Positions 25,126 to 32,000 of a stretch of DNA of 32,000 nt are shown here, one piece after another; position 1 is the stretch's first letter; every line of letters begins with the position of its first letter. The stretch spans positions 2,683 to 34,682 of the forward strand of contig NZ_JBNASF010000004.1 in NCBI RefSeq assembly GCF_049720995.1, written 5' to 3'. Made by a program: the position numbers and the translations under genes. The stretch is from Methanothermobacter sp. (lineage in GTDB: Archaea > Methanobacteriota > Methanobacteria > Methanobacteriales > Methanothermobacteraceae). The notes below the pieces were generated by a model that worked only from the letters and a program-made list of their open reading frames with translations, was not told the origin of the DNA and searched no databases.

Positions 25126-28100
25126 TTATCTACCCCTCCAGTAACCGAATCCAACAAGCAAAACCAGGCTCACAACGCCCAGGAGCGCGTAAAGCGGCAC
25201 CTGACTCTCTGATGATCCGCTCCTGGTTGAGGCTGAAACCTCGTAGGCTTTACCTGATTCAGCCCCAGTTCCTGTTTCAGTTGCGGGCGTCTGGCCCTGA
25301 CTTTCACCCATGGAACCTGATGATTCACTGTATGATGCGCCTGATGAACCTGAGGGTCTCTGTCCTGTTCTCCCGGCGCTCTCACCGTTGCTGTCTGAAT
25401 CTGAATGGACTGGATTCTCTGAACCTCCTCCCGGTATGCTGACTGATGCGCCTGTTGCAGCTGCAAGGGCTGCGGCAAACCTTTTGAGGGACGCCTGGTT
25501 GATGGAGGAGACCTTAACAACCCAGTTATTGAAGACAATGTTTGCGCAGGTATGGTGGCAGCACACAACCCCGTACTGCCCTGCAAGTTCAATGTAACGG
25601 TTTGCAAGGTCCCTCAGAACAGCCTTATCTGCATTACAGATGTTCCGCCTTGCAGCCTCAAGGACCCATGCGATCATTGACTGTGTTGCAACAGCCTCAT
25701 AGTCATTTGATACCCGGAAACGGTCACTAATAAGGTTTCTGGCAACCTGGTCCCACAGTTCATTGCTCACAGCGCCAGTTGTAACTGCAATCCCAAAGAG
25801 GTTCCTGTACCTTGAGGCGTATTCCAGCCAGCCGCTGGGTGAGCTGAGGAGTGAGTCCATGTAGCGCGGGTTGAGCAGCTGGGATCTCACCTCAACTTCG
25901 ATCTCCTCTGCAACGGTCCTCACGGTAACCGTGTTCCTGTTCCGTATATCCACCAGTGCGGTATCAGGGTTGCCGCCGAGGTGGCGTGATGCAAGGACCA
26001 TTCCACCGAACCAGTCATAGTAGTCGTCTGTGTCAGTGAGCCTCCAGGTGCTGTCCAGGTTCTGCGTAACAAGGTCCACCTTACCCAGGAGGTACTGGAA
26101 GGTGCCCCTGTTCTGCTGTATATCCACGCCCCCCGGGGTTGACCTCCAGGCATAGGAGACCCTTGAGAGGTAGACATCTGCAAGTTCAGCGCTGCTATTC
26201 CACCTTGAGGTTGCCGGTGTCATATCTGATACGCCTGTACCCTCAAGTACAAGGCCCCTGAGTCCGAATACACGGTCCAGTGAGCCGCATTCACTGTAGT
26301 GCCTCTTAACATAGTTTTCGGTGTCATCTGCCTCTGCAGCCATCCTAACAGCGGCGTTCATGAGGTCTATCCAGAGCTGGTTACCGGTAACGGCAGTTAC
26401 AAATACGTCGATGCGTGGTCTTGGTATCTCAACGCCGTTCACCGTGATCCTGAGTTCTGATGCATCCATCAGGACAGGTTCAGGTTTGACGTCGCCGTTG
26501 GTGTTCCACTGGGGCTTGACCCCAAGGAGGTACATGAACTCTGCGATGGCAATCCCATCGGTCCTCAGAAGCTCGGTACCCCACATCACCATTCCGATGA
26601 GTTCAGGGAATCTGCCGTGCTTCATGTAGTACTCTGCAAGGAGGGTGTCTGTGATTCTCTTAGCGGTCTCCCAGGCGGCCCTTGTTGGCATCTTCCTGGG
26701 GTTGGTGGCGTAGAAGTTGGCTCCGGTTGGAAGCACATCACACCATGCAGGGTCACCTGCAAGTCCTGGCCTCACAAAGCCGCCTCCAAGGGCTGAAAGC
26801 AGGCTCTGCCATTCGGTGTTTCCACGTATCTTCCTGATCGTCTCATTGATGAATTCAAGGTCCGCACTGTTTATACCTGCAGGGACAGTCCCGTTTATTA
26901 TGTTCCTGATCCATGTCCGTGCAAGGTCCTTAACCGAGGCTATATCGTCACTGTATCTCAGGGGGTCCTTGAGCATTTCACTGTAGGCTGGCCTTGAGGG
27001 GTGAAGGGTTTTTCTGATGTTCTCCAGGAACTCGGACCTTGATGATGCTATGGTGAGCACCTCTTCCACCAGCTCATCACCCTCAAGCACCCTTCCAAGG
27101 CTGTGGAGTCCCAGGGGGATTATGTCTGATTCTATCTCATGGAGACTGAGATGAAGCCTCTCAAGGGCATCTGTGAAGTTGCCTGTCATGTTGAATCCCA
27201 TCTCTGAAGCCTTCGATCTGATCTGGGACTCAAGGGCCGGGAGTATCTGGCTGTTACCAACCTTGAGGGCGTTCTCGTACTGGTGGATGAGGTCATGTAT
27301 CTCAATGAGTTCACCGTAGAGGCCGCTCTCAACCATGGCAGGGGTCATGTGGTCTATGATGAGGGCGCAGCTGCGGTCCTTTGCCACCATACCCTCCCCC
27401 GGGTTGGAGACTATGTAGGGGTAGATGTTTGGTATTCCTGTGAGCTGGAATGGCCAGTCATCCTCCATGAGCCCTATCATTCTTCCTGGGAGGAACTCCA
27501 GTGTCCCGTGGGTTCCAAGGTGTATCATTGCATTTGCCCTGAAGACGTTTTCCATCCACCTGTAGAAGGCTATGTACTGGTGGTGCGGTGGCAGGTAGGG
27601 GTTGTGGTAGTCTGTGACCTCGTCCCAGCCACGTGCTGGCTGGACCGTCACGAAGATGTTCCCCAGCATTATACCAGGTATCACGATGCTGCCGTTCACC
27701 GTCATTATGTTGCCTGGTGCGGCCCCCCATTTTGATGTGACCTCTGACCTGAGTTTTTCGGGGAGTTTGCTGAACCATTCCAGGTATTTCTGCACATCAA
27801 GAAGCTGCCCGCTGGCCTGCAGTTCCGCCTTGTGCTCCATCACATACCTTTCAAGGAGTGGCTGGGCCCACGTACCCTTATTACCGAACTCTGAGATGAT
27901 CCTGTAGAGTTCATCCACGCCGGGTATCCTTTCGACCCTGTAGCCACTTTCATTGAGCTTAACAAGGAGATCGTGGAGGCTCCTGAAGACGTCAAGATAT
28001 GATGCCGTAAACCCATCCTTACCTGGCGGGTAGCTGTAGAGTATCACCGCGATTTTCTTCTCTGAATTGTCAAGTTCCCTGAGTTTAGCCCATCCATCTG

Positions 28101-29583
28101 CGATTTTAACTATCTTCTCCACTCCAGGCTGCAGTGTGATCTCATTCCCAGATGCATCGGTGCAGGATACAACGATGGGTGAGAAGACACCCTCGAATCC
28201 GGGTATCGTGAACTGCCAGGTCCACTCGTACTGGGCGCCCATGGGGTTTGTGAGGCTTGAGTTGCTGTAGAGCTGCACCCCCTTGATCACGGGGATGTTG
28301 ATCCTCTCAAACTCTGCAAGCGCTCCGCCTGATGGCAGGTTGGCGTAGTTCAGTGACCAGGAATAGAGGGATATGACTGCGTCTATGCTGCGGTTCAGGG
28401 GCCCCTTACCGTTAACTCCCAGTGTGAGCTCCTCAAGGAGTGAACTCACAGCAGGGTTTGTGGCGCCCTGGTAGAGGTTGAAGATGGCCCTTCCATGCCT
28501 CTCCGCCTCCCTGATTATGGCGTCCACTGTGGGTGATGACCCATAGCTTACAACCACCAGGAAGGGTCCTCTTATGTTTTTGTTTGCTGTGTACCATTCC
28601 TCGAACTGTCTGTAGACATCCGCCCTCTGGTTCTCTGCCCAGGATGAGAAGTTCTGGTCCATCCACCTGAGGCTGTCATATGGTGGAATGAATCCAGGGT
28701 TGCCCTCTATCCAGGCCTTTATTCTGGATCTTTCTGCAACCACACTCATCACCCCACAGTCAGGGTGGTAGAGTCCCCAGTCTGGGGCTGCCATTACCGG
28801 TCCCTGATTGTTCTCAACCGGGTTGAAGGTTGTCTCGCCGAGGAGATACTGTATGTACTTTATCATGTTCTCAAGGTTCTCCCTGGTTGCCCCTCCTGAT
28901 GCAAGGGCGTAGTAACTTGCAACGTAGGTGTTCTCCACTGTATCCGGTGTGTCATTTCCAGGTGTTCCGCCCAGGAGGTTCAGTCCGGTTCCGCCGTAGG
29001 GGTCGCTGTCTGTGTCTGTTGGGTAACCGAAGCCCGCCGCTATCATGTTCCTCTGGTTCGCGGGACTCCTCAGTAGGTAGGGGTACCAGGAGTCACCCCA
29101 GCCTGTCCCGGGCATTGCCATGTCCAGGTAGGCGAAGTTCACGTACTCCATTATCCAGTCGTTTGCCGCTGATGACGGATCCCACATGTCATGGTAGATT
29201 ATCCTCCTATTATCCATTGACTTCAGTAGGCGTCCCTTCTCAGGGACCGAGCTTATGATGGCTATATCCGGCATGAATGTGTGGTTCAGGGTGCAGCTGG
29301 AGTTTATGGTGTATGTCACCGGCCGGTAGGTGTGGTAGCTTATCCTCACCTCAACAGGGAATCTGTCACTGAATGTAACCCTGTAGGATCCTTCTGCTGC
29401 TGTTAATGTTTCATTGAGAACCGAACCATTGTATATCACGGTGATTGTGGCATTCTTCACTGGCAGCGCGTCCTGTAGTGTGGTGTACCCTCCTGATGTT
29501 TCATTGTAGATCTCCTTTATGTGTCCTGAAACCTCCGCTGCACTGGCTGTGCCTGTCAGTGCAACTGCGAGTATCACTGCCAT
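25126..29583 (-). CDS. CobN/Mg-chelatase-H-family protein, exported and C-terminally membrane-anchored
   Basis: 1485-aa ORF. N-terminal signal (…AVILAVALTGTASA/AEV) followed by a ~100-aa beta-sandwich-like domain. The long CobN-type body includes HGTLEFLPGR, PNIYPYIVSNPGEG, IIDHMTP, GGFVRPGLAGDP, LPTGANFY, GMVMWGTELLRTDG and DYYDWFGGM. The C-terminus is a Ser/Gly-rich linker, then TM LYALLGVVSLVLLVGFGYW and RGR. See the finding on an alternative ATT start at 29604. Confidence 0.9.
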   Translation of the reverse strand: MAVILAVALTGTASAAEVSGHIKEIYNETSGGYTTLQDALPVKNATITVIYNGSVLNETLTAAEGSYRVTFSDRFPVEVRISYHTYRPVTYTINSSCTLNHTFMPDIAIISSVPEKGRLLKSMDNRRIIYHDMWDPSSAANDWIMEYVNFAYLDMAMPGTGWGDSWYPYLLRSPANQRNMIAAGFGYPTDTDSDPYGGTGLNLLGGTPGNDTPDTVENTYVASYYALASGGATRENLENMIKYIQYLLGETTFNPVENNQGPVMAAPDWGLYHPDCGVMSVVAERSRIKAWIEGNPGFIPPYDSLRWMDQNFSSWAENQRADVYRQFEEWYTANKNIRGPFLVVVSYGSSPTVDAIIREAERHGRAIFNLYQGATNPAVSSLLEELTLGVNGKGPLNRSIDAVISLYSWSLNYANLPSGGALAEFERINIPVIKGVQLYSNSSLTNPMGAQYEWTWQFTIPGFEGVFSPIVVSCTDASGNEITLQPGVEKIVKIADGWAKLRELDNSEKKIAVILYSYPPGKDGFTASYLDVFRSLHDLLVKLNESGYRVERIPGVDELYRIISEFGNKGTWAQPLLERYVMEHKAELQASGQLLDVQKYLEWFSKLPEKLRSEVTSKWGAAPGNIMTVNGSIVIPGIMLGNIFVTVQPARGWDEVTDYHNPYLPPHHQYIAFYRWMENVFRANAMIHLGTHGTLEFLPGRMIGLMEDDWPFQLTGIPNIYPYIVSNPGEGMVAKDRSCALIIDHMTPAMVESGLYGELIEIHDLIHQYENALKVGNSQILPALESQIRSKASEMGFNMTGNFTDALERLHLSLHEIESDIIPLGLHSLGRVLEGDELVEEVLTIASSRSEFLENIRKTLHPSRPAYSEMLKDPLRYSDDIASVKDLARTWIRNIINGTVPAGINSADLEFINETIRKIRGNTEWQSLLSALGGGFVRPGLAGDPAWCDVLPTGANFYATNPRKMPTRAAWETAKRITDTLLAEYYMKHGRFPELIGMVMWGTELLRTDGIAIAEFMYLLGVKPQWNTNGDVKPEPVLMDASELRITVNGVEIPRPRIDVFVTAVTGNQLWIDLMNAAVRMAAEADDTENYVKRHYSECGSLDRVFGLRGLVLEGTGVSDMTPATSRWNSSAELADVYLSRVSYAWRSTPGGVDIQQNRGTFQYLLGKVDLVTQNLDSTWRLTDTDDYYDWFGGMVLASRHLGGNPDTALVDIRNRNTVTVRTVAEEIEVEVRSQLLNPRYMDSLLSSPSGWLEYASRYRNLFGIAVTTGAVSNELWDQVARNLISDRFRVSNDYEAVATQSMIAWVLEAARRNICNADKAVLRDLANRYIELAGQYGVVCCHHTCANIVFNNWVVKVSSINQASLKRFAAALAAATGASVSIPGGGSENPVHSDSDSNGESAGRTGQRPSGSSGASYSESSGSMGESQGQTPATETGTGAESGKAYEVSASTRSGSSESQVPLYALLGVVSLVLLVGFGYWRGR

Positions 29584-29729
29584 TACTGTGATGAATCCTT
29601 TAATATTTTCACCTCCCTTTAATTCTATTCAGGTTTACTTTAAGGGAGGCAATATTTAAAATTAACTTTAATTATTTTAAAAAAATTTTAAATATGCTCA
29701 CCCGGATGGTCACGTTAAATGCCTTTGAT

Positions 29730-29872
29730 GATAATAAATAGGTTGATGGGTTTTCAGTTATTTTGCAGGGCTTTTCAGCTGTTCAGTGACAATAAAAGAA
29801 GTTAATGGGGGTTTCAGATTATTCAGCAGGGATTTTTTAGTTGTTCACTGATAATAAAAGATGATTGGAGTT
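29730..29872. repeat. Imperfect tandem repeat, about 2.4 units of ~58-62 bp
   Basis: gataataaataggttgatgggttttcagttattttgcagggcttttcagctgttcagt (29730-29787) / gacaataaaagaagttaatgggggtttcagattattcagcagggattttttagttgttcact (29788-29849) / gataataaaagatgattggagtt (29850-29872). The last unit abuts the stop (29871-29873) of the upstream minus-strand gene. Confidence 0.85.
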
Positions 29873-30956
29873 AAATGTAGTTGTTGTTTCTCATCATGGT
29901 CTCGGCCCTCTCCCTGTAGCCTCTAATTCGCCCGCTATCATCCTGTAGGTTGAAGAACACCGAGTGTATGACCTCACCTGCATGTGTGAGGGCTGAGCCC
30001 ACAAGACCCTCGGAGGTGTACCTGTGGTCTATCCCGTAGCCGGGGGATGGGTAACGGTGTTCATCTGAGTTCATGATCCTCTCAATGAAGTCCTCATGGT
30101 CCACAGGGTCGTATGTGGCCTCATCATGGAGCATGGCCTCGATTGCATAGCTCTTTATTATCTTATCATGGAGTTCCCTGTAGACCGAGCTTCTTGATAT
30201 AAATTCAAATCCCGCAATTCTACCGTTGATTGCAACAAGAACTCCTTTCTGATCCTTCACGGGTTTGAATGGTTTTTTGAATTCCTCCAGTGTCTTTCTC
30301 TTCTTTCTGTAGGCATCTGCCATCGCACCTGTTTTTGAGGTTGAGCCTGTCCTCCTGTGTAGTCTGTTAACTTCATCCCATACGCTGCTCTGGCGTGCGC
30401 AGTAAACCTGCAGTAACTCTTCCTGGTTTCCGATGTTGGTCTCCCGGATATCCTCAAAGTTGTCACGGATGACATTCTCATCTGTGACGGCATAATCTAT
30501 TTCAGCCCTTCTTCCAAGGTTCTCAAGGTTCTCTGTCACTGTCCTTGTCTTGGTAACCCTTACATTGAGTGCAGCGACCCTTTCAGGGTCCCTGAACTCC
30601 TTTGAGGTGTAGGACCATCTGCCCTGCTCCACGCAGCTTACAGGTATTATGGTTTCTGACTTCTCAGGCACCAGAACGGTGGCGTTGGCCACACGGTTCT
30701 GCTTGGCACCCTCAAGTTCCTCCCCATCAATTATGAGTACGGGTTCAGCAGCCCGGTTAACTGCAAGTACCTTGGTTACTGAGCCATATTCGTCAACCTC
30801 ACCTATACTTATGAGGTCATTGCTCATGGCCTCTTTGAGTGTAATGTAGTTCTGGCTCCCCTCAGGTGCCCTTAGCGGGATGACCTCCATCTGACCTGAA
30901 ACCTGGGGTTTGAGGAACTCCAGGCTTCCAAGCCACCTCTCAGCTATCTCATCCAA
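29871..30956 (-). CDS. Conserved hypothetical protein (GEELxGAKQNR / PVSCVEQGRW motif family; I recall this as DUF6569/ARPP-1-like, unverified)
   Basis: The track ORF starts at TTG 30971. TTG 30956 is preferred because GGTGA lies 4 nt upstream, inside AGGTGATGTT. Motifs: MEVIPL, LIIDGEELEGAKQNRVANATVLV, IIPVSCVEQGRWSY, VWDEVNRL..., QKGVLVAINGRIAGFEF. Confidence 0.7.
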   Translation of the reverse strand: MDEIAERWLGSLEFLKPQVSGQMEVIPLRAPEGSQNYITLKEAMSNDLISIGEVDEYGSVTKVLAVNRAAEPVLIIDGEELEGAKQNRVANATVLVPEKSETIIPVSCVEQGRWSYTSKEFRDPERVAALNVRVTKTRTVTENLENLGRRAEIDYAVTDENVIRDNFEDIRETNIGNQEELLQVYCARQSSVWDEVNRLHRRTGSTSKTGAMADAYRKKRKTLEEFKKPFKPVKDQKGVLVAINGRIAGFEFISRSSVYRELHDKIIKSYAIEAMLHDEATYDPVDHEDFIERIMNSDEHRYPSPGYGIDHRYTSEGLVGSALTHAGEVIHSVFFNLQDDSGRIRGYRERAETMMRNNNYI

Positions 30957-31222
30957 AACATCACCTCTCAATGTTAATAGCCAGATAATTCACTCTGACT
31001 CTAGAATAGTATATGTAAATTATTGAATATAAATACTTTTACTGGATAATCTAAAATATTTTATTCAACATGAGTGAAATATATGTTTAATAAAATAATT
31101 GCATTTAAATGTGGTATTCTGAAAGATTTTAAGTGTTCACATGGACGCCCTTTGATTCTGGATTTATTCTCTGAGAGCTTCTAAGCATTTAATAAGAAAA
31201 ATAAAGGTATTCTGAGGGTATA

Positions 31223-31738
31223 TCAGCTGTTATCCCTGAGGGCGGTCCTCAGGTCCTCAACAGGCACATCGTATGTTTCACAGACCCTCTGAAGCCATGC
31301 CATTGTCGATTCAGGTGTGAGGGACATGGCAACCCTTAAGAGCTCTGCAAGGACCTGAAACTGTGGTAATGTGGTATCAAGGATTTTTACAAGTGATCTG
31401 AAAAGTTTAAAGCATTTTCTGGAGTCTGATATGAATGAGCTCAGGGTCTCCTGGTATTCAAGGGCATCCACGTCCCTCTCATCATCCATCATAATCGTGG
31501 GTGTGAAGATGTCGTACTCCCATCTGAAGAGTCCAAGGATGAACCTCCTCTTATCCTCTGCCCCCTCAAGGTAGTCTGATATGAGGGATAGAATACCGTG
31601 GGATACTGCTGAGGGGCTTGCCCTCGTGTTACCTGTAATTCCAAGGTTTGCCTCCAGCAGTTTCTTCAGGGAGGTCTTCATCCAGCCGCTCTGGGGGTCT
31701 TCGAGGTCATTCACTGTGGCCTCCACAACCTTCCTCAC
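31223..31738 (-). CDS. Hypothetical protein (helical, no recognised domain)
   Basis: 171-aa ORF with codon usage like its neighbours. The GTG start overlaps the upstream stop (GTGA), which suggests translational coupling. Confidence 0.55.
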   Translation of the reverse strand: MRKVVEATVNDLEDPQSGWMKTSLKKLLEANLGITGNTRASPSAVSHGILSLISDYLEGAEDKRRFILGLFRWEYDIFTPTIMMDDERDVDALEYQETLSSFISDSRKCFKLFRSLVKILDTTLPQFQVLAELLRVAMSLTPESTMAWLQRVCETYDVPVEDLRTALRDNS

Positions 31739-32000
31739 CTCAAAGGGCTTTCCTTGAGGTCAAAGAAGTGGGGGTACCTTAATTTCATTTCCATCTTCAT
31801 TTCCTCTGCATCATATTCCCCAGGCTCTTCCAGGATCTCCCTGAAGGCCTCGAAGAGGATCATATCCCGTAACCGTATGTGGGACGTCCAGTCGGTGAAG
31901 TATTTTATCCGGATGTCTTCCGCTGTTTTTCGTCCCATGGGGGTTTTCAGGAGGGAGGGGTGATGTTTCAGGAACTTCTCCCATCCCTCAAGGCCTGTGT
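31735..32000 (-). CDS. Hypothetical protein, C-terminal portion (frame open to window end)
   Basis: The track lists it from ATG 31938, but the same frame stays open to nt 31998 (…TGLEGWEKFLKHHPSLLKTPMGRKTAEDIRIKYF…). The gene may therefore start outside the window. Confidence 0.45.
   Translation of the reverse strand, partial: TGLEGWEKFLKHHPSLLKTPMGRKTAEDIRIKYFTDWTSHIRLRDMILFEAFREILEEPGEYDAEEMKMEMKLRYPHFFDLKESPLR

Noticed and set aside
25170-25607. 145-aa same-strand alternative-frame ORF over the CobN-like C-terminal stalk
   Set aside because: The open frame is explained by the repetitive Ser/Gly codons of the linker. Its product is Q/P/R-rich and there are no independent start signals.
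29730-29872. Possibility that the tandem repeats (here and at 8731-8887) are small CRISPR arrays
   Set aside because: The units are contiguous with no unique spacers, are degenerate, number only 2-3 copies and are ~60 bp long. No cas genes or leader are present.

Overview
Densely coding archaeal chromosomal segment of roughly 50% GC. It is almost certainly from a Methanothermobacter-like member of the Methanobacteriales. That is an inference from three things: an MTH538-type TIR-like gene, Mur-type ligase genes together with a pseudomurein-binding-repeat protein, and Shine-Dalgarno motifs matching GGAGGTGA. I count about 33 protein genes. By eye I found no rRNA, tRNA, CRISPR array, transposase or integrase. 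Layout: (i) 1-594, the N-terminal part of a membrane protein that runs off the window and is missing from the ORF track. (ii) 641-7717, a Zn-ribbon/YbjQ protein followed by the canonical archaeal DNA-end-resection operon nurA-herA-mre11-rad50. (iii) 7718-9214, a long AT-rich spacer, a secreted transglutaminase-like protein and an orphan TIR-like gene. (iv) 9291-12371, a two-subunit 2-oxoacid:ferredoxin oxidoreductase and msrA. (v) 12447-19484, a pilin-like gene and then a cell-wall operon: small TM protein, a 403-aa Mur-type ligase, a 1005-aa tandem double Mur-type ligase, a membrane-anchored VanW-like Cys/His protein and a MobA-like nucleotidyltransferase. This is the most interesting block. 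It is a pseudomurein stem-peptide locus whose partner genes have no function known to me. (vi) 19577-23134, small cytoplasmic proteins (DUF169, Zn ribbon) and four envelope proteins, including an HxxE...H peptidase-like protein and a pseudomurein-binding-repeat protein. (vii) 23557-25063, a Csa3-like CARF-wHTH regulator plus a P-loop ATPase with no cas genes nearby. (viii) 25126-29583, a 1485-aa CobN-like chelatase homologue with a signal peptide and a C-terminal membrane anchor. (ix) 29871-32000, three uncharacterised genes. Two sequence-level patterns are not explained by gene calls. First, short tandem duplications sit on or next to the 3' ends of five genes. Second, two exported proteins have SD-spaced in-frame ATT codons that would restore complete signal peptides. 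All functional calls come from motif recognition by eye; no database search was possible.
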